Assembly (NCBI RefSeq): GCF_963853765.1
Contig: NC_088854.1
Span: forward strand, 23,312,001 to 23,376,000
Source of the DNA: Magallana gigas
Taxonomy: Eukaryota
DNA: 64,000 nucleotides
Direction of reading: 5' to 3'
Shown: positions 26,043 through 40,091 of the stretch, piece after piece
Layout: every line of letters begins with the position of its first letter
How positions within the stretch are numbered: the stretch's first letter is position 1
Position numbers and translations under genes: made by a program
Notes under the pieces: generated by a model
Database searches by the model: none
The model's input: only the letters and a program-made list of their open reading frames with translations
What the model was told of the DNA's origin: nothing

Positions 26043-28228
26043 TTTTTTCTCGCCAAAGTTTTGTTTTTTCTCGCCGAAGTTTTTTATGAATTCTATCAAG
26101 TGTCATAATATGTTATAACTTAAAATGTTACTGAATCATAAGAAAAGAATTTGATATTTGATTTTTTCTATTGAAAGTTGAGTATAGTATTTTTTATAAC
26201 AAGTTGGGTAAGTTTGGTCGACAAAGTACTTATAATAAAATGAACGTTGCATTGATATGACTTGTGAAAGGGTGTCTGTATCTACTCCCTGGGTCCGTAT
26301 CTTCGGAGTAACAGCCCCGCAGTCGACTGGCCTATTTTTGTAACGTCTAATTCAGTATGGGTAGGGTCATCCTCTGAGCTACATGTAACCGCGGCTGGAC
26401 CTTTGATGCGTTTTGACTTAGGTTTCCGCGACATTTCCTCATTTCAAAATTACAAAAATTATGGTTTAAATGAAATAAAAATACAAATAAATTAGAAGTC
26501 TACTTTCTGAATCATAAAGAGTTTAAACAATATGTTCTTATGTGTCAGAGCTTAATACTGAACTTCACTCCACAAAAATTGAAGACAACATACACATCAT
26601 CAAATAATATATCCTTAAAATCAATTAATATCTTATGTTACTTTAATTTTAACAGCTATATTAACTTTTGAATGGAAAGTTTTGGATTTTGTAAGAGCTT
26701 AATTTTTTTTAACTTACCACGCGAAGAAAGATTCTAAAAGAAAAGATGCGGAAGATTCTTATGAAAAAACTCGTATGATTTTACTATTCTCGGAATAAAG
26801 TGAATGGACCAGACTTTTCCGGGATTAACTGTAAATATATATTTACTGGGATATAGGTCATACATGCGGTGATAAAAGAAAGGAATTTGATTTTTTTAAT
26901 GTTTGTATTTACGTATCTAAGGAAATATTGGCCCGATATTTTTATTAATACGCTACTTGAATTGATTAAGTTGACCATGCTTTTTTTCACTTTCATGCAT
27001 CGATCAATTTGAAAAAACATATTAAATTCATTTTATAAATTTGTATTCAAATCTCTGCATCATTAATAGAAACTTCCCAATCTACAATGTTAATATTCAG
27101 TTTTTTGTAAGCTGGAAAAATGATTGTCAGTAAGGATCTCGGGTTGAGGTGGCATGGGACAGTGTTTTTTTTATACAATTCATTGTAGCCAAGTGATTTG
27201 TTTCTTCGGAACTCTGTAGCTAGAATTTACTTAGTTCCTATTCAGCACAAATACTTTTAATTACTACTTAAAAGGCCAATAACCAATTTCTGAGTGGTTT
27301 TTCTGAGATTTCGACTCTTTCATATTTGCCCATTTTTCATGTCTTTTCTGCTTTTTTGACCTCCCCAACCTAATTCCCTACAGAGAAAGGGCTGGCCTTT
27401 CGTGCTTTGAGCATGTTGCACTATCACATGTCAGAAACTTACCGATGTATAGTTTTCTTTGTACCATCCACCTACTTTTCGTGTTATTTTACCTCCCGTG
27501 TGTAACTTGCAATTTCACCGTGTAAAGTCAACACAACAGTCGTAAGTTTTGCATTTCACTTTAAGTACTTAACAGTAGGGCCCTACATATTGTGTACCAA
27601 TTTCAACAACAGACTTCCCTTTTAATAATAGTAATTATTATCATTTCATTAAATTTTAGCAACTCAATTTTACAAAAATATTGATTTTACAAAAATATAT
27701 ATCCGAAATTGTCCCTTGCTACCATAGTGCAAGTACTCGGATACTGACCCGCCAAGCTTGGCCAGAGTCTTTGGATTGGGATCGGCTTGGCTTGCCTTTA
27801 GCATATAATGTTGACCACATCATGTTATATTCTTTGCAACTGTTTGCCTGAAAACAGCGAGAGCTGCTGTTGAGAGCATGGCTGTTGCCACAGCTTCATT
27901 AGTGTTTTGACACTGTTTGAACTTTTTAGTTAGTTAAAGCTGCTCCGGCGGGAATGCTTTCTGCCTCTTAAACCTTGCATCTGGGGGATCGAGGGGGGCA
28001 GGGGGCATAATTGTAAAAGCTTAGACCGGGGCTGGACACATATTGAGTTGTAAATGCATTAGCATTGATCTACTTGTTGACACTCAAATTTGATAAATAA
28101 ATAAATACAGCATTTCTTGCAAATAAGTATGAAACTAGTCCCTTTCTGTTTTGCATGTGCATCATTTGAAACACGTATCTCATGATATAACTGACGATAT
28201 TTATTGATTATAAAAAAAGAAACAAGAC

Positions 28229-31200
28229 TCAATTTTGGATGTATACATTGAGAACATCTGCTTTTCCGTATTCTGAAAAAAGCAAGAAAAGTGAAAACAC
28301 TCAAAAATATTTTGAAAATCAAAATCAGCATTAAACACATTTTAGCTTTTGTTTAAGACGGATATGGGTCATATTTGTATACTTAAGACGTTACTGGAAA
28401 GACATTAATATACAAGTGTTGCACGACAGATGCTTTTTTAAGTATCGTACCCTTAGCGATCCACCTGGTGACTTTTCCATGTTGGCTGTACAAGAATTGG
28501 GGATACGTGGTGTGTTTATCCCATTCACAGAGATTAGTTTTTTCCTTTACAACTAACCATCCACTACGTACATGACAGACTCCATTATTTTTGTTGATGA
28601 AGAAGTTTCTCCCAAACATTGACTCTCTTAAAATAGAAAATTAATTAATAAAATCATGTTTACTTTTTATTTTTATTAGACGTTTTACAATTTTTATCGT
28701 ACTTTCCTTTTATTTCTATATGATAATAATAATATTTAAAGCACAAGAAACTTACTTAGCAACAGTAATGGTTCTGTAGATTACTTATGCAAAAATACTT
28801 ACGTGTCGATGGAAAAAACATTGTAAGTTTCACTTTTATCCAAATCGGTCCAACTTGAATTTAAGATTCTGCTGTTGTTAAACCAGTTTAAATAGTTTGA
28901 ATCTCTTCCATCAAATTCAAGGAAAGCTACTGTGTCCCCCTGAACGTTTAGTTCAAATTTGACCTGCAGAAAAGTGTTATATTTCTCAATAATTTCTACT
29001 TAGTGCTGATTAGCATTCTAAATGGAATTGTTATTGTTGACTTTAAAACCAGAGGAAAATAATCGTAAATGACCAACTAATTTGATGTTAGAATTGATTG
29101 ATAGCTCGTGTGTACATGTGCGTATGCCATATTATCAAATAATTTGTGTTGATGAATTGTGTTTTTAATGATTTCAAATTATCGGTCGATTATAATGTCT
29201 TTGTATCACAATGCTAACATATCAAAATTAACATTAGATTGATAGCTAAAATAACATAATCTAGGCAAATAAACATCTGTTTTAAAGCCTTGGGATATTT
29301 ACTTTGTTGATATTCAAGCAATCCCAGTAATCTATAAAGGGACTTCTTAAAGTTTTTGAAGGTGATTTGTAAGTTTCAATTCTGGCTTTAGGCGGCAGAC
29401 AGCCATCACTCATCGAACATGGACAGATTCCAGATACGATATCACAGTTGTTGTGTCTGGTTTTCCATGTATTTAAGACATCTTCGCCATTTCCACTTGG
29501 TGCATGAAAAATTAGCGCCCAATCATCTGAAACATTTTTTTTTCTAATTTTATTTCATATATCTTATATCACCTCAACAAATCTATACTTTTGAATCAAG
29601 ACGTACATTATGCAAAAAAAAAAAAATGCAAAATGTTTGCACCAGAGTAACTGCTTACACCTTTGGTATTTCAACACGTGTGAGATGATGTCCTTAAGCT
29701 AAAATTTAATTTTAACTGATAAGTTATTATTGTAAATTAATCTAAAAACCTACTTTCGTTTTAGATAAACAAGCCCGAAATAGCAAAAGTGAGAGTAAGG
29801 TGGTGGACACGCTTTTTCGGATTCGATTCAGCGGTAGTTTGCATCAAAATATATACATGTACTTGCAATAAAATAATATTGGAGGATTAAATTATTGAAG
29901 ATAAATTATTTAGATAATACATAGAAGTTAAGATTTGACAATTGTTGAACAAATAAAATGAGCCAATTCCTTTCTTGAATGCGCGATTTTAATTTTGATG
30001 CAAAGAACGATAAAACTTTCCAGAACGGGGTAACCAAGAACGCCGGTTGACTAATTAAAGTCATGGCAAAAAGTGCAGGACGAGTACATCATGCATCACG
30101 GGTAGATACTTTTGATCAAACATCTATGATTAATACAAAAAAGTTAATAAATAAGAATGGAATAACTTAATGCGATTTTAGTTGTGATGGAGAAAACTTT
30201 TCAGAACGAGTTGCCTCGGGTCTGTCCCAAGTTATTGCTTCCATCAATTTTTGATGATTTTTGATAAAAATTCACATACCTGTGAAAGAAATACAATTGA
30301 AATCGATGAAAGGGAATATATCCAAGATATCTTCATCGAACAATTATCCCTTTTCACACATAAAATTTCACAGGAACGATAACAATTTTCTTACGGAGAT
30401 TTATAATGGGAAATGTTGACATCTTTTCTCCATTCGGAATACATTCGGAATAGATCGCGCAATTTTTCAATATTATCATCCGGGCTTATTAATGGCTGAT
30501 GCAATGCAAAATCTCCGTAGACTTTCAATTTTAGGATGTGTTTTGAAACCTGAAGCGGTAGAGGGGGCGTTTCAAAAAAGATAATCTGGACATTTTTCAT
30601 ATTAGTAGATGAACGTAGTTTGAGCGCAAAGGTATTTATTATTATTGAAATATCAAGCAAAAAGTGGTGGAAGCAAAAACTCGGGACAGAGTTTAATTAA
30701 CTTCTTGACCGAAAGTGTAGGGCGAATAAATACCCTTTAACTTGCTTATTTTAATTCATACTTTTTCACACCATTATAGAACAATGAACAGATTTGTGAT
30801 GCATAAAAGTTCAAACGGGGAAGTTGAATAAAGGGAGAAGGTGACGCCCTCCCCGGTTCTTTTTAAATCTTTTATCTGAAATTCTTATTTGGAACAGTGA
30901 TAAAAATTTCAATGTAATTTGACCTAAACAACAAAATTAGAGACACGACGCACTTAATTTCTGATCACTGGTTTGAAATAAGTAATGGCGTATAGATCTT
31001 AATTATAGAATTTAAAAAAAGGTTTTTTCAATCCGGCAACAAAAATTAATTTAGACCATGTTCACATATATAACATCAATTTCAGTTTAGATTTTCACCC
31101 CTGTCCGCTCCTCTAAATATCCAGTCATGCAGTTAGTTGGCTTTTAAAGAATGGGTTAAAAAAATCGGACTCATTATATACAACAATGCACAAAAAATAT

Positions 31201-31785
31201 GGTTCAATTTATTAACATTTTCTGCGCTAAATTGCCCCAGAACTCATATAGTATTTAATAAATTAGCGCATTACAATCAATGTTCATTTTTACCCCGCTC
31301 CGAAAGAAAAAGGGTATACTGTTTACTTTTGTCAGTCTATAACAAATTTTCGTCGCAGTTTTCTGAACAACTACTGTTTGAAGATCTATACTCCAAATAC
31401 TTTGGTTCACTCTTTGATTTAGCATGTCTTTTATTGGGAATCATTTTTACAAACGTTATGTAAACGTCACTTTCCTGTTTATCCATGCACGTGTCAGAAA
31501 CAAATTTTCAAAAAAGGACGTATATTCACATCAGAGCGGCGGTATTTATAGTGAGCATTCATAAACATTCTTTTTGTTAAAATTGCCATTCGAAAAATAC
31601 CACCAAAAGTTTTCATTTTTAATACTTTGCGGACACCGATATATATGTATATTGAACAACATGTTTTTTGGATTTTTTTTTTTTCAAAATAAAAAATTAG
31701 TACCTTTGCAAGGTTTAGGTTCTGCAAATAAACCAAATCCTAACATCGCAATCCAGCAAACAGCCATACAGAATACAGGTGTCAT
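28229..31785 (-). CDS. Uncharacterised predicted secreted protein, 5 exons, 228 aa (family copy 3)
   Basis: Exons 31704-31785 (MTPVFCMAVCWIAMLGFGLFAEPKPCK), 29303-29526 (DDWALIFHAPSGNG..WDCLNINK), 28803-28963 (VKFELNVQG..FDGRDSNYLNWF..SWTDL), 28451-28626 (GRNFFINKNNGVCHVRSGWLVV..YPQFLY), 28229-28272 (EYGKADVLNVYIQN*). Same phases as copy 2; 687 nt, frame closed. Confidence 0.88.
30280..30600 (+). repeat. Dispersed ~320-bp repeat family member (intron 1 of copy 3)
   Basis: TTCTTACGGAGATTTATAATGGGAAATGTT is identical at ~30388 and ~63837; similarity continues to TTTTGAAACCTG/ATTGAAGCCTG. Confidence 0.75.
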
Positions 31786-34193
31786 AATATCAATTCTGGC
31801 TCAAAAATATTAAGTAGGTAAACAATATATGATCGACTTGATTAGAGATTAATTTGTTTTAAAACACAAAAGACTAAGGTTCAGAGTTTTAGTGTGTATT
31901 TTATCGAATTCTCAAGCTACGTCATGCGATCTTACATATGCCATTGGTTATCCTAAACGAAATCATTTATATGCTCATTTTCGGATCTTCTGTTATGCAA
32001 TGCAATTACATTGTAAGTTATTGTACCAATTATATATATATATATATATACCATGATTCATATTTTATTTTACTTTTTGTACACTTGAAATATTCAATGT
32101 ATTAAAAACATAGTGTCGATAAAATGCAAAACTCTGCCGAATTAATTTGTCAGTGTCGATGTGGTATTTTTGCTCCCGCTAAAGTTGTACATGTTGTTTT
32201 GTAAAAATCCATATAATTAAAGCATACGATAAACCATCTCTACCACTGTTGTTCTGTGTCTCGCCTAGCGGTGGGTTTTATACCTTTAAAAATTTAGTAT
32301 CACATGACGAATAATAATTTTCATAGAAGAATATATTTTCTAAGGTTATTTTGAAAATTCCTTAAGCTTTTCGACAAATTTCACAGAAATTATACGTATT
32401 CCTAAAGGATACCGGTATTAGTATTTCCTTCAGGAATTTTATTCCGGTAGTTCTCCAGTAGGAAATTAAAACGGCCAAAGGGAGGCTTCTACATAAATAA
32501 TGTAAGCGCTTTTATCTTTTTAGACTCATTACTAAAGGTTTCACTGTTTTGAAGAGTAATATATTGAACAAATAGCGGTAGTCAAATATAAAAGGGAAAT
32601 ACTGTGTACTTAAAAAATTTTGTCAGCCTAAACATGATTTAAAATCCATTGCATGTACTTGGGGGTTACAAATCTACATGAAATCTGCCGTCTTTTTTTT
32701 TTCTCATTAGAAAATTTATGCTATGTTGATTCTATTTGATATTATATTGATGACATATCTTAATACAGACTCTGACTTCATCTATCTTAGTTTAAAAAAT
32801 AGTGTACTTGCCAAAGGGTTTCTTTATTGACAATTGTAAAAAAAAAAAGTGATTTTTCAAATTTTTCTGAGAGGGCATATGGAGTGCGAGATTACTTTAT
32901 CAGAAATTGATCAAATACAACACAGAAGATTTTCTACATATTTAATGACAAGGAAGGATAGATTGTGAAAAAAAAATTTAGAAACAAACACTAGACTTCA
33001 TTTATCTTGAATTGTAGAGGAATTACACTACCATGAAGCAAATGTTTCAGTCAGTTCTACAGTGTGTCTAAAATTTAATGCAAATTATAATGGTAAATTT
33101 TTATACATTGAACCGTTGACTGCAAACGGCAGAAACCAACTGGAAGTGCTGCATCCATGAAAAGCAAAATACAGGTAAAGCAATCAATAACCCAAATTCA
33201 TATGGCAATCAAACACACTCTTTTAAAATATGTATGGTGTTGGTACAATCATTGTAAGACATACAGAGGAAGCCCAAAATAATATGCGAGTTTAAAGTCT
33301 AGAAAATGAGAGAGTTATATATCTTTTAGCAGTCCAACTTTTAGCAGAAATAAATCAATTTAGGAGACTACATAGTCAGAATAACCTATCAGATTTACGT
33401 TAAATGTTAAGTATGGTATGTTTGGCGTTTAACTATTAGAAAGAGAAAAAAATTCAAATATTCAACGTTTACTATTTTTTATGTAGGGTTCTTCATTTTA
33501 AGAAGACTTATGCAATCAGATATGTTTACGACCATTCATTCCTATAATTTCGCATACAGAATACGTTGATGAAATCATGAATGCTCTACCGTATAATTTT
33601 TTATGATATATGTAAGTACAAATATATGAATCATAATTTCAAGGATTAAAGGATTTTTTAAAACCGTTTTTTTTTTCAATCTGTATATCCACACAAAAGT
33701 TCAAATGTGTTTTATTAAAATTACCGTAAAACACGCTTATAACGCAGTGAAAGGGATGAGCGACATTTCTTCCTTATAAACGTAATGCCTTATACCCGTT
33801 AGCTTCACAATATGTTTAAAAACTACGGAAATAAAAAATACTTCCATATAAGCATTCGTTCATTTTAAGCGTGCTCCCTATAAGCATGTTTTACTGTAAT
33901 TATTTAGGCTACAAATATTTGAATAGGAACCAACAAACTCTCAAGAGAAGGTTCAGCGTTAATAATTAAATTACTAAAACATAAAGGCCTCAGAGCGCAA
34001 TTAAAACTCCTCAGAAATCCAATAACTAAATGGTGCATAAAAGAAATTTGAAATTAAAAATTGATCGTGAGAGAGTACACGAAGTTGAAGTCTGTATTTA
34101 TTCTCCGTTGTTTTTAATCGGTACAGATGTTTTCCAGTGATTGTTGTCAGATGTATCTGCTATTTTGACAATTTACATTCATTCTTCAGTAAG

Positions 34194-35359
34194 ATGAATC
34201 AACAATGTATTGCATACTTCATCCTTATAGTTGGAATATTCACTACAGGTAAATGTCAATTTATTAGCATTGTATGATATGTATTGATTTTACTTACATT
34301 CAGTACGTTTTTTTTTTACCTGGGCAGTTTTCCCTATCCATGTTGTCACTTTGAAATGCAAAGCTGGTTTTGAAAACATCGCAAAGTGGTGTTTTTCAAT
34401 TCATCTTGAGAGCAAATCTTTGTCCAAGTCACGTGAGATTTGCGAGAAGACTGGCGGCAACATGGTTCTACTTGATGAACATATGAAACTAAATTTGCTG
34501 CGGAAATATATTCAAGGTAAATTGGTAAATTAGTTTTACTCCATTGAGACTTTTCTTATTTCCCCGTTTTCATCCTGTAGTTTTATGCCTGTGTTGTTTT
34601 CAAGTTATTTATTACATGAAGCAAATGTATACTTTTGTCATAGACTGATATCTTGTTGCTTTTTTTTTTTTTTTTTACAGAAAAGAGACTTATTCATAAA
34701 CTATACGTGAAAAATAAGGAGGTATTTCAAAATTTCTTTGTTTTCAGTTGATTCGAAAAACTTCGAGTTAAATGTTTTAAATATATAAAAACTTAAGGAA
34801 ATATAGAATTATACGTTGTGTATTACATAAAATTCAATATAATATGGTTAATGCTTTTGTCTTTTATTTTTAAGGCATTGCTGAAATCATATCAAGAACT
34901 TCAGGATCTCTTGACATATCATAAAAAGTGTAAGTGTATGTAAAGGGAGCTGAGAAAGTATTTTGTAATCTTCTTAAATAATCATTGTTTTAAAAATAAT
35001 TTTGACCTTTTAGATTGCAAGTCGTACAAGAAAAACAAGCTTAAAAAACCAACAGAGGAATTTTATGTTCCAAACGCAAAGGTAGAAATTGTGTGCATAA
35101 TATTTTTACGTAACATAAAATGAAAAAGCAGATTTCAACGATACCAGAGGTCTGTCTTTAGTAAGATAGCTTTTAATGTAAAACAAATTTTAGTTTTTAA
35201 ACACTTTACTTCTTAATGATATTTTGTTCTTTGTGCTAACATGCATATTTCATAATATAGTCCCTCAGACTTATGTAAGGAAATCCGATTGTGTTTGTAT
35301 AGAATGCACTTGTTTATAAAGAATGCACTTCGGTTGCTTAAAGTCGAATTTATTAAATT

Positions 35360-35407
<48 letters not shown>

Positions 35408-36993
35408 AATAAATCATATTCATTCATTCATTATTAGTTACCCGTTTTCTTTGATGAAAATGAGCGTGCGCGATTGACAACCCCACCTGGCTATTTTATT
35501 GCCAACTCTTCAATACCCAGTGCTGGATACGGAGCATGGACAATGACTGGAGTCAAAAAGTATACAGTACTTGGGGAATATGAGGGAGAGGAACATAAGA
35601 AAGAAGGGAACCAGCCTTACTCCTGGGTTGTGCGTATCTATTTCTGTATACATTTTACTTCATTTTTCCCAATGAAAGATTATAAATGAATCATAAGCAG
35701 ACAGTTATGGTTCGTATACAAAGATGTAATAATAAGTACGTTACATTACGTAAAATGTACATTATTTTTAAGTTTTGTGATCTCTTGAACTCGCTAATGG
35801 CGTTTCCAAAGTTACTTTGATAAAAATATTAGCTAGTTAGTATAATTTTGTGTTGACATGATACCTTGAAGTTTTAAAATAATGTACTTATACAGCGATC
35901 GATATTGCTCATTTGATGCAGAGAGTTTAAGAACAGTTTCATAAAATGTTTTAATATTGTTTTGATTTTTTTAATTATTTCGGGATTTTTTTTAATTTTC
36001 AAGCTTTACTTTTCAAGAACATTAAATTCAGAATTTTTTAGCTTACTCAGTAACTTATTTAAATTCATTTTATTTTTCAAGTCCTAGACCACCAAGCTTG
36101 ATGCTGGTTATTTATGTGAAATGAATCAGTAGGAATAAAGAGAGGGATATGTCAACGATATTGTTCTTTGAAACATTTGATAAAACTATCTATATACATA
36201 GTTTTACAACTTAAATATAACCAATATCATAAACGAATACGTATTAATACAGTTTTCTACTGTTTTAGTCGAAATTTTGCTCCTTAATTAAATAATATGG
36301 TTTTGATCATGCTAACAATGTAACTTGTTTGATAATGTTACTTGTCGTTAACAAGTATTTTTTCATCTACAATGCATCTAATATACAAGATATATGAAGA
36401 TAAAGAAAGGAAAAAGAAACATTATATAGACGCATCTTCTCCCGCCAAAAGTAACTGGTTGCGGTATGTCAACTGTGCAAGGAATGTGCGCGAAGAAAAC
36501 GTGTTTTCATTTGGTTGTGACGGCCTAGTATTTTATATGACGACAAAAAACGTGGAGCCCAACACAGAGTTACTGACCTGGTATGGAGAAAATGATGGAC
36601 GTTTCTTGGGAATAAAGAGATTGCATCCAGGTTGTTATCTACATGTAATTAAAAAAAAATCAGACACATATATACATGCATAAACGCAATGTTTTTATTT
36701 ATTTAATCCATTTCTTCTATGTTTCAGCAAGCGAAATGAATCTGAAATCAGCTTCTCACATCCGTCTGAGTTATATGCCTAAAGATTCATTAAAAGATTA
36801 TCTTAAATATCATCAAAACTGGTTTTCAAATAAATATGATAAAAAGAGCAACAAAACATATCATGGAATTATAGACACTTATGAGGATGGGACGTGGACA
36901 ATGCAGCGGGAAGGAAATTACACGTATTATACTGGGGAACAGGGACTTCTAGTTCCATTTGTGTGTGAACATGAACCACTGGAAAAAGAATAA
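34194..36993 (+). CDS. Signal peptide + split C-type lectin-like domain with inserted PR/SET domain, copy A, 8 exons, 368 aa
   Basis: Exons 34194-34248 (MNQQCIAYFILIVGIFTT), 34328-34516 (VFPIHVVTLKCKAGFENIAKWCF..EICEKTGGNMVLLD..YIQ), 34681-34721, 34875-34929, 35014-35081 (YCKSYK..FYVPNAK), 35438-35629 (RARLTTPPG..SSIPSAGYGAW..LGEYEG..YSWV), 36390-36630 (YIDASSPAKSNWLRYVNCARN..VFYMT..ELLTWYG), 36728-36993 (..HIRL..NW..WTM..PFVCE). All GT-AG, phases 1,1,0,1,0,0,1; 1107 nt, frame closed. Confidence 0.92.
35361..35402. repeat. (CT)n microsatellite in intron 5 of copy A
   Basis: About 20 CT units with one interruption. Confidence 0.95.
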
Positions 36994-38801
36994 GATCAAA
37001 TATGTTATTTAAATTAGTGCAATGGTTTATGTAGATAAATACCTGTGTAAAGTATTAGATATACATACAATATAACTTAGATAAAAGGATTGTTATTCCT
37101 ATCTCAATCTGATTATTTTTATGGTGAAGGATATTACAAGGTACGTTCTCATGTGCCCCTCGTTAATATCTTGCGTGCTTAACTATTGATAATCATTTAC
37201 CCTCTGATGGCGGTCGTTTTATTTTCTTATGATACAAATCAGTCACTATTATATCAATATCTTGGGTACAAATAATCAATATCTTCTAGATTTTTCATTT
37301 ATGTAACGTTCTGAATGTTTATCTATTGAACGTGGTTCTAATTTCTAAAACTTTTACATTTTACCGACAGACTGACACTGAGACATGAAAAAAATATAAT
37401 TGCGAAAGTTGACAATTAAAAACAAAGTAAAAAAAAATATTTCGGCTGTGGCTCAAAGTATCGATTATAATCACTAAAATATTTAATGGGGGAGTCAATA
37501 AATAATGTCCAAATTTTAGTGAGTTAACCTCTAGAAAATCGTTAACCAAAATACTGTCAATCATACACGAAAGACTACAAGGTAACAATTTGGAATTTTA
37601 TCAGCCAAGAGGAGAAAAGAGCCTTAGTTCGCTGTAATGTTTATATATTTGCACTTTCGAAGGTGATATACAGTGAGTGAAGGGAAAGATCGATTTTAAC
37701 TACGGACTTCTGACATTCCTGTTCGTCTGGTAGGTACAATGTATGTCACTTTTTTTAGGGAGTGGTGTCATTTTTTGAATATGTGTTGCAAATTAATATA
37801 GAATGGCTAGTATTAGCAACAGATGCCAGAGAATTTTTCACATTGTTGTTGCAATATCTATTTGATGTGGCATTAACTTCTCAAAAGAAAAATGCAGATT
37901 GGGGTGTCAAAGGGAATATATTAAACGACAATTAAATAATATAGCTGAGAAGTGGATTTTATTTAGCTTTATATTTCATCGTTTGTGAACACACCCTCTT
38001 TTGTCATTGCGGCACAGTGATTTTAAACTAGTTCGGCATATATTTGATTAATTAGTGCTGATGAAGAAAATTATATCCGATTCCTCCTGTCAATAATACT
38101 GTCGCACATCAAATTTCACTTGCAATTCAAAAAAAAGTTCTGGAGATGAAAAAAGATGCGTTTTCAAACATTAATATAACCATTCAAATCAATATCAGTG
38201 GAGTCAACAAATAAATTTTTAGTAAGTCTAAAATCTAGTTACCTCGATAAAATCGTTAACTGAAATAAAAAGGGTTCGTATTTCTTTACTGGTTAACAAT
38301 TCTTTTGTGGTATTTTTAACGATCAGCCAAACATTGTTGTCAGCTGTCGAGTAATGTATTCAAGACTGGTGAGCACTATGTTATGTTTACGTTTGTTTAA
38401 TTTTCCTGTATAAAGCGTTTTTACGGATTAATTTCTTCTTGTTTGCTCTTTATGAGCACAAATAAACGGTATCTAGTGTTCGTCACATACTAAAACATTA
38501 TAAACAACATAAATGGAAAACTTAAAATAAAAAATATTTAGCTAACATCATTACCATGCTTCGAACCGTAAGAAATATGCATATTTCATGGCCAACAAAA
38601 AAATAGGTGGTTAAATTGTATTTTTTTTAGTATACATCGTTGTATTCAATTTATTTGTTCTTAAAAAGTGATTCAACGAAATAGACTTAAAAGTTAAAGT
38701 CTTTAGATATACAAATCCCAGTTTCAATGCAACTGTTTTACCGTTAAGAAATATCATTGTAAGAATCGGCTTTATTCTTTTATACAGGATCTTCAGATAA
38801 A

Positions 38802-40014
38802 ATGACACAGCAATCATCTGCATTATATATCTTTATAGTTACAATCGTCACCTCAGGTAAATATATTTTTTTTTCATTTTTTGAAATGTAATCAAACCAA
38901 AATGAATTAAGTTTGTTAATTACTTTTACAGTTTTCACGATCAATGTTGCCAATGTGAAATGCAAAGCCGGTTTTGAAAACGTCGGACAATGGTGTTTTT
39001 CATTTTATCTTGAGAGCAAATCCTTGTCAGACTCCATTGAGATTTGCACAAAAGCCGGTGGCAACATGGTTCTAATGGACGAATACAGGAAGATAGAGNN
39101 NNNNNNNNNNNNNNNNNNNNNNNNNNNNNNNNNNNNNNNNNNNNNNNNNNNNNNNNNNNNNNNNNNNNNNNNNNNNNNNNNNNNNNNNNNNNNNNNNNNN
39201 NNNNNNNNNNNNNNNNNNNNNNNNNNNNNNNNNNNNNNNNNNNAAATTCGTACTCAAAAAATTACTTATCTTATACGGTTTAGTTTTCATTTCGACTTTT
39301 AGATCGATCAGAATGTGATCCTTATACGTAAAAAAAGAAAGAAAATTAAATGCTTAATGTTACAGTGTGCACTAATACATGGACAAAGGGTTAGATATTA
39401 TGACGAATATCGAATACATGTATCGATAATATCCTTTTAAGATGAAGAATTGATTCCAGTAGGTCTAGTTAAAGTAAACTAAATGGTTACTAATTTTCTT
39501 TACACACTGTCGATGGTTAGATATTGAGATACTGATTTTTTTTTTCTCTTCTGTTTCATTTGTTCATTTTTTTAACTACAGCAACAAAATGCCTATTTAC
39601 TTATTTAAATTAATAAAAAACTTTATATGTTCAATTCTTAAATATTTTTCTCCATGATGTTTTTTTTTCCAAATGCTTACTAATGTATACTAATGAATTG
39701 TCACTTAATAATTTTTTGTAGAAAAAAGACTCATACATAAACTGACTGTGCAAAACAGAGAGGTAATTTGAATGTAACAGTATACTATTGTATATATATA
39801 TATATCACAAATCACAAATTATTTGCCCATTATTATGGTTGATAATATTCATAAGATTATGTATATGACTTTCCAAATTAATGTTTTTATATGCATTAAC
39901 TTTTACACGACTGGTTTTTTTTCTGTTAAATGAATTTCTAACTAATTTTAAAGGCATTGATAAAATCTTATCAGGAAATTCGTGAAGTAACAACATATCA
40001 GGAAAATTGTGAGT

Positions 40015-40091
<77 letters not shown>

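Noticed and set aside
26240-27950. Possible second decayed SGNH/DIRS-like relic on the minus strand (IVQHA..ARK, ISGQYFLRY, MSRKPKSKRIK)
   Set aside because: Fragments are short, broken by many stops and not in a coherent order; cannot be supported without a profile search.
35438-36630. Calling the SET-containing genes PRDM9 or PRDM7
   Set aside because: No KRAB, SSXRD or C2H2 array; the knuckle is degenerate; signal and CTLD exons flank the domain. Only the domain is PRDM9-like, so no symbol is given.
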